Positions 34,924-44,437 of a stretch of DNA of 64,000 bases are shown here, piece after piece. The notes beneath the pieces were generated by a model. The model was not told the origin of the DNA, ran no database searches, and was given only the letters and a program-made list of their open reading frames with translations. Source of the stretch: an uncultured Methanosarcinales archaeon (GTDB lineage: Archaea; Nanobdellota; Nanobdellia; Woesearchaeales; GW2011-AR15). The first letter of the stretch is position 1. Each line of letters starts with the position of its first letter. A program made the position numbers and the translations under genes. The stretch is taken from positions 66,416-130,415 of the forward strand of contig CAZHYZ010000002.1 of the NCBI GenBank assembly GCA_964537195.1, given 5' to 3'.

Positions 34924-37158
34924 ATGTCCCAACAACTTATTATTACAGAAAAACCTTCTGCAGCAAGGCGATTAGCACAAGCACTAGCAGAAGATAAAGT
35001 AACAACTAAGACCTATAGTGGTGTTAAGTATTATGAAATAAGAAAGTCTGACAAAAAAATAGTGATTGTCCCAGCAGTAGGACATCTTTTTACATTAGCA
35101 GAGAAAAGAAAATCTTTCAAATATCCTGTTTTTGATCTTGTTTGGAAACCAGTATATAAAGCAGAAAAGAACAGTAAATATACCAAAAAATATGCAGACA
35201 CTATAGAGAAAGAGGCTAAAAAATCTAATTCTTTTGTAGTTGCATGTGACTACGATATTGAAGGAGAAGTTATAGGGCTTAATGTAGTAAGGTTTCTGTG
35301 CAATCAGAAAGATGCCAAAAGAATGAAATTCTCTACACTAACCAAACCTGATTTGGTTCAGAGCTATAGTGAAATGTCTAATTCTTTAGATTGGGGCCAA
35401 GCTAAAGCTGGTGAGACAAGACATCATTTAGATTGGATATATGGAGTAAATCTGTCACGAGCGCTTACTTTGGCGATTAGAAATAACAAAACATATAGAA
35501 CAATGTCTTCTGGTCGAGTACAAGGACCAACATTAAGGATATTGGTAGAGAGAGAAAAGGAGATTCAAAAATTTAAGCCTAAGAAGTATTGGCAGATTAA
35601 TCTTATCACTAAGGAAAAAATAGAAGCCTGGCATAAGAAATCTAAATTATGGAAGGAAAACCAAGCTGACGAAATATTAAAAAAAACAAAGGGTAAAGCA
35701 GGAAAGATATCCAGAATATTGAAGAGAAAGAAAAAAAAGTTCCCACCATATCCATTTGACTTGACAACTTTGCAGACAGAAACATATGGTGTTCTAGGGA
35801 TTAGACCAAAGATGACCTTAGATTTGGCACAAGACCTTTATTCAAAGGGACTTATATCTTATCCAAGAACAAGTTCTCAACAGCTTTCTCCTAAGATAGG
35901 TTATAAAAAAATAATAAAAAACTTAGCAAAACAAACAAAGTATTCTCAGCTTGGGAACAAATTACTGGAGAAGAAAAGTCTGGTTCCAAACAACGGCAAA
36001 AAAACAGATCCGGCACATCCTGCAATATATCCGACAGGAATGAAACCCAAAAAACTTAACAACTATCAAAAGAAAATATATGATTTGATTGTGAAGAGAT
36101 TCTTTGCAACTTTTGGAGATGTTGCAATTAGAGAAAACATGAAAGTCACAATCGATGTTAATTCTGAATTATTCATAGCAAGAGGAAAAAGAACACTCGA
36201 AAGCGGCTGGTTTGATTTATATGATCCATATGTTAAGTTAAAGGATATTGAACTTCCTGAATTAAAAGAGGGCCAGATTTTACAAATAAATAAAATCAAC
36301 AAATTGGAAAAAGAAACAAAACCACCGAAAAGATACACCCAAGCTTCAATAATTCATGAATTAGAAAAACGAAACCTAGGAACAAAAGCAACCAGGGCCC
36401 AGATATTAGAAAGCCTGTATGATAGGGAATACGTTCTTGGGAAATCTATTGAAGCCACAGAGTTGGGAATAAAGACTATAGAGACGTTACATAAGTATTG
36501 TCCAGAGATTATTGAGGAAGAGTTAACAAAACAATTTGAGGAAGAAATGCAGGAGATTAGAGAAAAAGAAACAACTCCAAAAAAAATTATTGAAATCGCA
36601 GAAACAGAGTTAAGAAAGATATTAAGAAAATTTAAAACACACGAAAAAGAAATAGGAAAAGAATTAGCAAAGGCATATATTGAAACAGAAAAAGAAAGAA
36701 CTTTTGTCGGAAAATGTCCAAAATGTAAGAAAGGAGAACTTCATATAATGTATAGTAAAAAAAACAAATCAAGATTTATTGCATGTGATGGATATCCAGA
36801 CTGTAAGACAACTTTTTCAATACCAAATAAAGGAGAAATAAAAACAACAGACGAAATTTGTGAAAGCTGTGGATACCCGATAATATCAATAAGGAAGAAG
36901 AAAATCCCTAAAAAACTTTGTATTAATCCAGTATGTGAATCTAAAAAACCAGATACTCCTGAGCAAAAAAAAGAAGAGCAAGAAATATTGGATCACATTG
37001 TTGAAGAAGAATGTCCTAAGTGTAAACAGGGGCAGTTGGTTGTTAAAAAAAGCTTATATGGTCATTTCTTAGCATGTAATAGGTTTCCTAAATGCCGTTA
37101 TACCAAAAACATAAAGGACATCCCTCTAAAAGAAGATTTTGAAAAAAAGAAATCATAG
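34924..37158 (+). CDS. topA: DNA topoisomerase I (type IA) with three C-terminal C4 zinc ribbons
   Basis: TOPRIM N-terminus LIITEKPSAA, the catalytic Tyr region (..ISYPRTSSQ..), and CPKC..CDGYPDC, CESC..CINPVC, CPKC..CNRFPKC ribbons. Confidence 0.9.
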   Translation: MSQQLIITEKPSAARRLAQALAEDKVTTKTYSGVKYYEIRKSDKKIVIVPAVGHLFTLAEKRKSFKYPVFDLVWKPVYKAEKNSKYTKKYADTIEKEAKKSNSFVVACDYDIEGEVIGLNVVRFLCNQKDAKRMKFSTLTKPDLVQSYSEMSNSLDWGQAKAGETRHHLDWIYGVNLSRALTLAIRNNKTYRTMSSGRVQGPTLRILVEREKEIQKFKPKKYWQINLITKEKIEAWHKKSKLWKENQADEILKKTKGKAGKISRILKRKKKKFPPYPFDLTTLQTETYGVLGIRPKMTLDLAQDLYSKGLISYPRTSSQQLSPKIGYKKIIKNLAKQTKYSQLGNKLLEKKSLVPNNGKKTDPAHPAIYPTGMKPKKLNNYQKKIYDLIVKRFFATFGDVAIRENMKVTIDVNSELFIARGKRTLESGWFDLYDPYVKLKDIELPELKEGQILQINKINKLEKETKPPKRYTQASIIHELEKRNLGTKATRAQILESLYDREYVLGKSIEATELGIKTIETLHKYCPEIIEEELTKQFEEEMQEIREKETTPKKIIEIAETELRKILRKFKTHEKEIGKELAKAYIETEKERTFVGKCPKCKKGELHIMYSKKNKSRFIACDGYPDCKTTFSIPNKGEIKTTDEICESCGYPIISIRKKKIPKKLCINPVCESKKPDTPEQKKEEQEILDHIVEEECPKCKQGQLVVKKSLYGHFLACNRFPKCRYTKNIKDIPLKEDFEKKKS

Positions 37159-37306
37159 TTTTTTTACTATTCTGCTCTTTTTCAAATTACAGTGTACAAC
37201 AAAACTTCTTCCACAATAAACACACCTCTTGCTCTTTCCCTTTATCTTTCCTCTAGGAGCATACTTCATTTTTTGTTTGCAATTAGGACACCTGACAAGA
37301 TACATT

Positions 37307-38089
37307 TTAAAGGCCCCTTCTAAGTCCTTCAATATCTTTTTTTGGTTGTTTTCTTGGTTTTTTAATAATTCTTTTTTTCATGTGTTTAGGTTTTACAAAC
37401 CTAATATAGACAATTAATATGTTGAAAATAAAACCGAGCAGAAAAGTTACAACAGACAATCCTTCTATATCCATTCCTTCAAACAAAGGAAATCCAGTAA
37501 ACTTTCCAACACCATAGAATGCTCCAGAAATTACGAAGGGAATAGAAACATAGATTGGGACATTGTCTGCCAAGTTTAATCCAATAAAAGAAATAAACAT
37601 GTTAATGATTGCAGGAGAGAAACCAAGGATTACACTAATAATACTTGAATCTGTGGCACCAGCACTAAATAAAACAGCAAGGCCTAAAAAAACCAAATAT
37701 ATGAAAAAGGCAAAAGATTCAAACATAGTTTTTTCTTCAATCACTCCGGCTTCCTCTATAACTTCTTTTACAATTTCATCTGTATCTGTTTTTTCAAATT
37801 CTTTTTTTGCCTCCTTAATATCTTTTTCAGATTTGGCTTGTGCCATAAACTGAGAAAATGCATTTTTTAGTTGAGCCAACAAGTCATTTTCAACTTCAGA
37901 TTTGTGTGGTTTGACTTTTTTCCCGGATTCTTCTTTTTCTAGTTCTAAAAAAACCTCATCAATTATGTTTTTGCTATGTCCAGCATCTAAAAGAACTTTT
38001 TCTATCTCTTCTAAAGGGAATCCCTTTTTTCTTTCTGCTTCTACATATTCTAAAAGTTGTTTTTTTAAGTAATTATAAAAATTGTCCAT
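37307..38089 (-). CDS. Membrane protein with a ~120-aa acidic cytoplasmic N-terminal region and four TM helices
   Basis: Hydropathy of FFIYLVFLGLAVLF.., and a basic C-terminal tail KKRIIKKPRKQPKK. Confidence 0.4.
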   Translation of the reverse strand: MDNFYNYLKKQLLEYVEAERKKGFPLEEIEKVLLDAGHSKNIIDEVFLELEKEESGKKVKPHKSEVENDLLAQLKNAFSQFMAQAKSEKDIKEAKKEFEKTDTDEIVKEVIEEAGVIEEKTMFESFAFFIYLVFLGLAVLFSAGATDSSIISVILGFSPAIINMFISFIGLNLADNVPIYVSIPFVISGAFYGVGKFTGFPLFEGMDIEGLSVVTFLLGFIFNILIVYIRFVKPKHMKKRIIKKPRKQPKKDIEGLRRGL

Positions 38090-38127
38090 GGTCAGAATTA
38101 TAAAGATAGAAGTTTATAAGTTTTGCG

Positions 38128-38766
38128 TTAGAGCTCTGTGAACTCGTCATCTCCCAGTTCATCCGCCTCTATTTTTTCAGCCTTGGTTTCAGGACCTGGA
38201 TCTTCTAAATTGGTTTCAGCAATTAACTCGTCTTCTTGAAAATCATCGACTTTTGTTTGATCTGGTTGTCCAACAACTTTATTGAAAACCTCTCTTATGT
38301 CTTTTGCTCCGGACACGTCAAAATATTCATAGAATTTCTCACTAAGACTCAACCTATAAGATCTTCCTTCTGGTTCTTTTCTTAAAAAGCCAAGCTCTTC
38401 AAGTTCTTTAATGTGTTCATAGGCTTTGTTATGTCTGATTTTTATGACGTCACTTTGCAAAACAGGGGATCTCCATGCGATTACGGCTAGAGTCTCTAGA
38501 ATGGTTTTTGGAAGTTCTGTCTCCGAAACTATTTTTCTTACAAGAGGGAGGTAATCTTCTCTAACTGTTAATTTCCAACCATCCCTCTCTTCAACAATCA
38601 TCAGAGGTGAATTCCTTTCTTCATATTCTTTTTTCAATATAGAGATATTGTTTCTTAAGACATTTTTGTTTGAAGCGCCTGTAAGTTCTAGTAATGATTG
38701 TGAATCCATTAGTCTACCTGATGCAAAAAGCAAGGCCTCTATTTTGTTTTTATGGTTGTTGCTCAT
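38128..38766 (-). CDS. scpB: Segregation and condensation protein B (ScpB)
   Basis: KIEALLFASGRLMDSQSLLELTG N-terminal wHTH signature (cf. IEALLFASGEPLS), a second wHTH, and an acidic C-tail. Confidence 0.7.
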   Translation of the reverse strand: MSNNHKNKIEALLFASGRLMDSQSLLELTGASNKNVLRNNISILKKEYEERNSPLMIVEERDGWKLTVREDYLPLVRKIVSETELPKTILETLAVIAWRSPVLQSDVIKIRHNKAYEHIKELEELGFLRKEPEGRSYRLSLSEKFYEYFDVSGAKDIREVFNKVVGQPDQTKVDDFQEDELIAETNLEDPGPETKAEKIEADELGDDEFTEL

Positions 38767-39358
38767 TTCTTATTGCTCTGTATTTCTCCCCTTCTTTTTT
38801 AACTTTCTTTTCTTTAATCAATACTTGTAACACTTTTATTATGTCTTTTTCTTTAATGCCCAGATAAGGATGCATTTCTTTAATTGTCATTGGTCTACTA
38901 CTTAATAATACAACAATGAAATTTCTTAAAAGAACTGCGGTATTCTTCAAAAAAAACCTGTTTTGTTCCTTTAATTGTATAACTCCTGTATTTAGTGTAT
39001 GTAATCTGGCTTGAAGATCGTTTATGAAACCGGCAAAATCATTGTTCTTTATTAGAATTTTCTCGGGAGAGATTATTTCTAGACTAGAAGGCATATAATC
39101 AAAACAAAAACTTAATAGTGCTATGGAGTCTTTAAACAACATCTCAACTTCTGCAAAAGTACTAAAATAATTTTCATGTTCTTCAGCAGGTTCTATGCTC
39201 TGATTTATTAAGACATAATTTTTATTATCTTGAATCTTGGCAAGATATTTTTTAAGCGTTTCTTCAACATGTTTCTTAGGTTTACCAACAACTTCTACTA
39301 TGGCTCTAACATGTAAATATCCTTGTTCAATTCTTTTTTGTAGTTCCTTTTTATCCAT
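38750..39358 (-). CDS. Hypothetical protein upstream of and overlapping scpB (possible divergent ScpA/kleisin-like partner)
   Basis: The start is placed at MDKKELQ (39358). The tracked longer start at 39433 would overlap the divergent gene's ATG. The C-terminal wHTH-like MTIKEMHPYLGIKEKDIIKVLQVLI is suggestive, but there is no clear ScpA signature. Confidence 0.3.
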   Translation of the reverse strand: MDKKELQKRIEQGYLHVRAIVEVVGKPKKHVEETLKKYLAKIQDNKNYVLINQSIEPAEEHENYFSTFAEVEMLFKDSIALLSFCFDYMPSSLEIISPEKILIKNNDFAGFINDLQARLHTLNTGVIQLKEQNRFFLKNTAVLLRNFIVVLLSSRPMTIKEMHPYLGIKEKDIIKVLQVLIKEKKVKKEGEKYRAIRNEQQP

Positions 39359-39431
39359 ATTCACATTAAATTGCCAACAATTTAAATTGTTTTCGATAAA
39401 CTTTTTATATACTGAGAAAATTAATGCAAAC

Positions 39432-39662
39432 ATGACATTAGTATATTTGTTGATACGGGCCGAACATGGAAAAGAAGGGATAGTGAAGAGTGCAATGTCT
39501 AAATTCCCAGAGATATTAGAAATTCATGAAGTCTATGGAAGATATGATATAATAGCAAAAGTGGAAACAGAAGACCAAGATAAATTCAAGAAATTTATTA
39601 ATAATAAAGTTAGAGTTATGGAAAACATAAAGAGCACAGAACCAATTTTTGTTTCAGAATGA
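39432..39662 (+). CDS. Stand-alone Lrp/AsnC-type RAM (ligand-binding) domain protein
   Basis: MTLVYLLIRAEHGKEGIVKSAMSKFPEILEIHEVYGRYDIIAKVETEDQDKFKKFI..VMENIKSTEPIFV matches the AsnC_trans_reg betaalphabetabetaalphabeta pattern, including V.GxYD. It is 76 aa. Confidence 0.6.
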   Translation: MTLVYLLIRAEHGKEGIVKSAMSKFPEILEIHEVYGRYDIIAKVETEDQDKFKKFINNKVRVMENIKSTEPIFVSE

Positions 39663-41864
39663 TTATGTATATTGTTTCTCTACAATATCTTTTATTCTGG
39701 CCGCTTTCTTTTCCCCTATTAATTCGACTTCTCTTAATTTGTCTTCGGATGCATTAATTATATTTTTTACACTTTTAAAATGTCTAAGGAGAGGCTTAGA
39801 CAAAACAGGTCCCACGCCGGGAAGTGCAGAAATCAAATACTCTTGTTGTTCTTTTAGTGTTAGAGGTTTAGAACTGTGAAGGGTGAATTCTTTTTTATTA
39901 TCATCTTGTTCTCTCTTTGCTAATGTGGCAAGCAACAAGGCAGTTTCTTCCACATTTTTTGTTTGTAGTATGGGAACACCATAATCTATACAGATTGCGC
40001 CAAGCATTCCTCTGATGGCGTTGGGATGAAGTTTTCTTTGAGCATAAACATCCTCTTCTCCTTCTATGACGACCAGTTGTTTTGGATATTTTTTCATCTC
40101 TTTAAGTTGTGTGAATAATCTTTTATCTAATAAAGATCCTACAAAGTCCTCTACTGTTTTATATTCTACACAAAGATCAGAACTTAGCAAATAATCACCA
40201 ATCTCCAGTTGTTTAAGTTTTATTTTTATTCCCAAATTTAGAAGTTTTTTAACTATTCCAGATCTTTTTTCTCTATGATCTGCAAAAATAGTTATTTCTT
40301 TTTCAGGGAGAATAAATTCTGTCAATTTTTTTTCTGGAATTCTTTTTTTAACATTAAAGCTATTTCTTAACTTTTTCAAATTTTTATACATTCTCTTCTC
40401 TTTATGATAAGAAGCCCATCGATATCCCTCATCACGTGTGCCTTTAGCTACCAAGACAATTACATTTCCTTTACTCTGTCTTCCTGTCCTTCCCCTTCTT
40501 TGAATAGTTCTTATGGCACTCGGAATAGGTTCATAAAATACAACCAAATCAACCTGGGGAATATCAAGACCCTCTTCGCCAACACTGCTCATGACAAGAA
40601 CATTAAATTCATTTTCTTTGAATTTTTCAATTAATTCTATTTGTTCCTTTTGAGTTAATCCAGTGCCTTTCTTTTTTGCCTGGCCGACAAACATTTTTGC
40701 CCTTACTTTTGGGATTTTATTAATTTCTTTAACTAATGTAGAAATTGAATCCCTATATTGACTAAATACAATTATTTTTTGATCTTCTTTTTCAATTTGT
40801 TTTCTTAGGATATCTTTAACCTCTTCAAGCTTTGGGTGTTCAATTTTTATTTCTTTCAACTTTCTGGTTAGGACGAGTGCAGATTTAAAATTAAGATCTT
40901 TTACAAGATTCTTTACTGCCTTTACTTTTGTTGATTTAGATTGGTCAATTATACCTTCCATATATTCAATTAGAGGACTTATTCCTTGCGTCTCTAATAA
41001 TTCCAGAGCGTGCTGTACTTTCATCGCCTCTGCCAACAAAGAGAGTGTTTTCATCAAATCATAATCTTTTTTTCCTTGTGAAAGTTCTTTTAGGACATCT
41101 TTTCTTAAACCAAGCATATCCCTTTTTGTTTGTATATTCGTTTTTACCTCCAGATTAAGATCTTTTATCTGGGAAACTTTGGAGTCTTGACAGTTCGAGA
41201 GATATTTATGAATTTCTTTGAATTTCTTTGGCAGTTCAACATATAACCAGTTTATATCTATTTCTTGTACATAGGGTCTGACATCAGGATCATTTTCAGT
41301 TCTAACTTCTACTTCATCAATATAGAGATTTTTACATACTAACTTTATCTTTTCCATATCTGAACCTGGAGAAGCAGTTAATCCAATTACCCGAGGAAAT
41401 TTTGAATATTTAGTGTATTGTCTTGCAATCCAGACATATGAGTAATCTCCTACGGCCCTATGGGCTTCATCAAATCCGAGAAGAGAGACTTCTTCTAAAG
41501 AAATTCTATTAGAGATGATATCGTTTTCTAATCCTTGTGGTGTTGAAAATATTATTTGTGATTCTTTCCACAATTTTTCTCTTTTTTCTGGACTTACATA
41601 TCCTGTAAACATAGCCAACTTCCTTTTATCTATATTAAAATGTTCCAGAAACACGTTTTTATATTGAGCAATTAGTGGTCTTGTTGGTCCTAAAAAAAGT
41701 ATTTTTGATTCTGGATATTTCTTTAAGCGTTGAGCTGCCAGCATAAGAAAAACATGGGTTTTTCCCATACCTGTAGGAAGTACAACCAGTGTGTTTTTTT
41801 CAATTGCTGTCCCAAGAATTGTTTGTTGATATAGTCTCGGCTCAAAATTCTTTATCATTTCCAA
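39663..41864 (-). CDS. hef: Hef (helicase-associated endonuclease for fork-structured DNA): SF2 helicase + ERCC4 nuclease + HhH2
   Basis: LVVLPTGMGKT (Walker A), FDEAHRAVG (DEAH). ERCC4 domain ADHREKRS..GDYLLSSDLCVEYKTVEDF. C-terminal LPGVGPVL HhH. Confidence 0.85.
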   Translation of the reverse strand: MEMIKNFEPRLYQQTILGTAIEKNTLVVLPTGMGKTHVFLMLAAQRLKKYPESKILFLGPTRPLIAQYKNVFLEHFNIDKRKLAMFTGYVSPEKREKLWKESQIIFSTPQGLENDIISNRISLEEVSLLGFDEAHRAVGDYSYVWIARQYTKYSKFPRVIGLTASPGSDMEKIKLVCKNLYIDEVEVRTENDPDVRPYVQEIDINWLYVELPKKFKEIHKYLSNCQDSKVSQIKDLNLEVKTNIQTKRDMLGLRKDVLKELSQGKKDYDLMKTLSLLAEAMKVQHALELLETQGISPLIEYMEGIIDQSKSTKVKAVKNLVKDLNFKSALVLTRKLKEIKIEHPKLEEVKDILRKQIEKEDQKIIVFSQYRDSISTLVKEINKIPKVRAKMFVGQAKKKGTGLTQKEQIELIEKFKENEFNVLVMSSVGEEGLDIPQVDLVVFYEPIPSAIRTIQRRGRTGRQSKGNVIVLVAKGTRDEGYRWASYHKEKRMYKNLKKLRNSFNVKKRIPEKKLTEFILPEKEITIFADHREKRSGIVKKLLNLGIKIKLKQLEIGDYLLSSDLCVEYKTVEDFVGSLLDKRLFTQLKEMKKYPKQLVVIEGEEDVYAQRKLHPNAIRGMLGAICIDYGVPILQTKNVEETALLLATLAKREQDDNKKEFTLHSSKPLTLKEQQEYLISALPGVGPVLSKPLLRHFKSVKNIINASEDKLREVELIGEKKAARIKDIVEKQYT

Positions 41865-41935
41865 TATGGAAGTGTTAAGCTTTTAAATAGGTTTTTGCAC
41901 AAAATTTTATAAACCACTCCTTAATTCTAAAACGT

Positions 41936-42733
41936 ATGGCCAATTCGTTTTTAGATCCTTTGCTGGGATGGTTACTCTTACTTGATCCTGCACTTGCAAT
42001 TATAATAATGGCATTTATAGTTTCCATAATCACAACACTGGCCATAAAATTTCTAACAAACCAATCACTAATGAAAGACATGAAAGAAGAACTAAAGGAG
42101 TTACAAGGGGAGATGAAAGATCTCAGAGACAACCCAAAGAAACTTTCTAAAGTCAATACAAGGTTTATGGAAACAAACATGAAATATATGACACATTCTA
42201 TGCGGCCAACATTATTTACACTTATACCTTTGTTGTTGGTTTTTGCATGGCTACAATCAAATTTAGCTTATCTTCCATTAACTCCCGGAGAGCCATTTCA
42301 CTTAACAGCTATTTTAGATAAGGATGCACAAGGAGAGATAACCTTGCAAGTTCCTCAAGGTTTGGAAATCCAAGGGGAGGCAACTAGAGAAATAGAAGAT
42401 AGGGAGCTTAAATGGTCTTTAGAAGGAGAACCAGGAGTGTACACGGCCCAACTATTATATGATGATAATAATTATAATAAGACCATCATAATTACGGAGG
42501 GAAACGAATATGCTCCAGTGGATAAAGATTATGAAGCAGGGTTTTTGTTTTTTGGTCCAGACAGCAAAGGGGTAGAGAAGATTGTCCTAAGCAACAATCC
42601 AATTAAACCCCTGTCAGATGTTCCAGTTTTAGAGAAGATCCCTTGGATAAATACTTGGGGTTGGTTAGGAGTATATATTTTGTTTTCTTTAATATTTAGT
42701 ATGTCATTGAGAAAAATATTCAATATCTATTAA
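41936..42733 (+). CDS. DUF106-family membrane protein (archaeal YidC/Oxa1/EMC3-like insertase homologue) with a C-terminal extracytoplasmic extension
   Basis: TM1, then coiled coil MKDMKEELKELQGEMKDLR, then TM2 (the DUF106 pattern). A further ~150 aa follows, with a final TM. Confidence 0.45.
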   Translation: MANSFLDPLLGWLLLLDPALAIIIMAFIVSIITTLAIKFLTNQSLMKDMKEELKELQGEMKDLRDNPKKLSKVNTRFMETNMKYMTHSMRPTLFTLIPLLLVFAWLQSNLAYLPLTPGEPFHLTAILDKDAQGEITLQVPQGLEIQGEATREIEDRELKWSLEGEPGVYTAQLLYDDNNYNKTIIITEGNEYAPVDKDYEAGFLFFGPDSKGVEKIVLSNNPIKPLSDVPVLEKIPWINTWGWLGVYILFSLIFSMSLRKIFNIY

Positions 42734-42773
42734 TGTCGATAACTTTATAAAGTAATTTTTTTTCCGACGATAT

Positions 42774-43046
42774 ATGCCAGAACCAAGATTTAGAACAAGA
42801 ACAAACAGGAAAATACAGAAAAAACTTCCAGGGGGGAAAACTGTAGATTTATATTCAAAAGGGAAACCCCGAGTGGCTAAATGTGCTAACTGTGGAAAGT
42901 CTCTTAAAGGGATTCCAAGAGAAAGACAACATAAAATGAAAAAACTTGGAAAAACTAAAAAGAGACCAGAGAGACCATATGGTGGAAATCTTTGTTCTGA
43001 TTGCGCTAGAAATTTAATAAAGACAAAAGCAAGAGAAATCTCTTAA
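42774..43046 (+). CDS. rpl34e: 50S ribosomal protein L34e
   Basis: MPEPRFRTRTNRK..CANCGKSLKGI matches eL34, including the zinc-ribbon-like C..C..C..C. Confidence 0.85.
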   Translation: MPEPRFRTRTNRKIQKKLPGGKTVDLYSKGKPRVAKCANCGKSLKGIPRERQHKMKKLGKTKKRPERPYGGNLCSDCARNLIKTKAREIS

Positions 43047-43091
43047 AGCAAATGGTGACATTGCCACATAAGAAGAGATTGAGGTGACAAA

Positions 43092-43463
43092 ATGTATGAA
43101 GTTGGAAGATTGTGTGTTAAATTAGCCGGTAGAGACGCAGGCAAGAAATGTGTTATTATAGGTGTTCTTGAAGACAATTTAGTTCTTATAGATGGCCAAA
43201 CAAGACGTAGGAAATGTAATGTCAAACACATAGAGCCATTAAATAGATTGGTAAAGATAAAAAAGAAAGCTTCTCATTCAGATGTTGTTTCCGCATTGAA
43301 AAAAGAAGGGGTTGAGGTTGTTGTGAAAACACCCATTAAAAAGACAGAGAAGAAAGAAAAACCAAAGAAAAAATCTAGGACCAAGAAAACTGAGAAAAGT
43401 TCAGAAACCAAGAAGACTAAGAAAAAACCTAAAAAAGAATCAAAGAAGAAATCAAAAAAATAA
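43092..43463 (+). CDS. rpl14e: 50S ribosomal protein L14e with a Lys-rich C-terminal extension
   Basis: VGRLCVKLAGRDAGKKCVIIGVLEDNLVLIDG KOW/eL14 signature. The C-terminal 50 aa are KKxK repeats. Confidence 0.8.
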   Translation: MYEVGRLCVKLAGRDAGKKCVIIGVLEDNLVLIDGQTRRRKCNVKHIEPLNRLVKIKKKASHSDVVSALKKEGVEVVVKTPIKKTEKKEKPKKKSRTKKTEKSSETKKTKKKPKKESKKKSKK

Positions 43464-43466
43464 TTT

Positions 43467-44291
43467 TTATTTTTTTACTTTTATTGGCACCATTTCTTTC
43501 CATGCAAGTTCAAACAGGTCTGATAGTGCAGATGCAAAGAAAGGCGTGTTTATCCAAATCCCTATGTCATAAGTGGGATGTACTTCTTGATCATCCGTGA
43601 CCATAAATACAACTTCTTTTTCATCTACAACAACAAATCTTGCTCTGGTATTTGCCTTTCTAACTTCGGCAAATTCAGAAACTTCTTTGACTGCTTTATT
43701 AGAAATGTCAGTAAGGGGAGCAGCAACTCTTATTTTTACACCTCTTTTTGAAAGTTCTTCAAATGTTGGCACAAGTGCTTCAACTTTTCTTACAAATCCC
43801 TGTTCTGTTGACATTATAACTACAGATTCTTCTGCACCACGTATGGTCATTTCTAGATGATTGTATAAATTGTGTCTTCCCCTGATGCTCCCGCTAAGAT
43901 CAGTTGGTTCTATTAGTTCAACACCCTGACTATGGAGGCTGTTGAGTTCTTTTAACACCTCTGTGTCTTTTAATTTTTCTAATCTTCCAACAGATTCCTC
44001 TGCATCTTTTCTTACGTTCTTTTTTACTCTCTCCACAACTTCTGTTGGAGGTACTGCAATATACTTTATTGGTTTGCCAAGTTTCATCACGACAAAACCT
44101 TTCTTTTCCAAAGATTCTAAAACATCATAGCTCCTTGAACGAGGAACATTTGCTATGTCTGATAATTCTCCTGCTGTAGAAACTCCTCTTGAAAGTAGTG
44201 CTGCCCAGATTTTTACTTCATATAGATTTAAATTGAAATATCTACGTAGTTTACTCAGAAACTCATCTTTAACTATCATTTTTTCACCCAC
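43467..44291 (-). CDS. trmB: TrmB-family transcriptional regulator
   Basis: N-terminal wHTH YEVKIWAALLSRGVSTAGELSDIANVPRSRSYDVLESLEKKGFV plus a TrmB C-terminal sugar-binding domain. Confidence 0.8.
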   Translation of the reverse strand: MGEKMIVKDEFLSKLRRYFNLNLYEVKIWAALLSRGVSTAGELSDIANVPRSRSYDVLESLEKKGFVVMKLGKPIKYIAVPPTEVVERVKKNVRKDAEESVGRLEKLKDTEVLKELNSLHSQGVELIEPTDLSGSIRGRHNLYNHLEMTIRGAEESVVIMSTEQGFVRKVEALVPTFEELSKRGVKIRVAAPLTDISNKAVKEVSEFAEVRKANTRARFVVVDEKEVVFMVTDDQEVHPTYDIGIWINTPFFASALSDLFELAWKEMVPIKVKK

Positions 44292-44437
44292 CTGTTATTT
44301 TATAATGATTAATCTTATTGGAATTAATAAATACTAGTATTAATATGTTACGGTTTTTTTTACCTTGTTGTAGTCAAAATCATTTGTCCCTACTAATAAA
44401 GAAAAATTATTTATACACTTATTAAATAATTAACAAC

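Noticed and set aside
37229-37417. 62-aa + strand ORF
   Set aside because: It is antisense to the C-terminal basic tail of the membrane protein 37307..38089, with a Phe-rich low-complexity translation.
39237-39662. Long (141 aa) version of the RAM-domain ORF from the six-frame track
   Set aside because: The N-terminal 65 aa are antisense to the neighbouring gene's 5' end and have no RAM-domain similarity. The domain starts exactly at the internal ATG 39432 (MTLVYLL), so the shorter gene was preferred.
43380-43463. Lys-rich KKxK repeats at the eL14 C-terminus, considered as a separate histone-like or low-complexity gene
   Set aside because: The frame is continuous with eL14 and has no independent start. 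It is a basic tail extension of the ribosomal protein.
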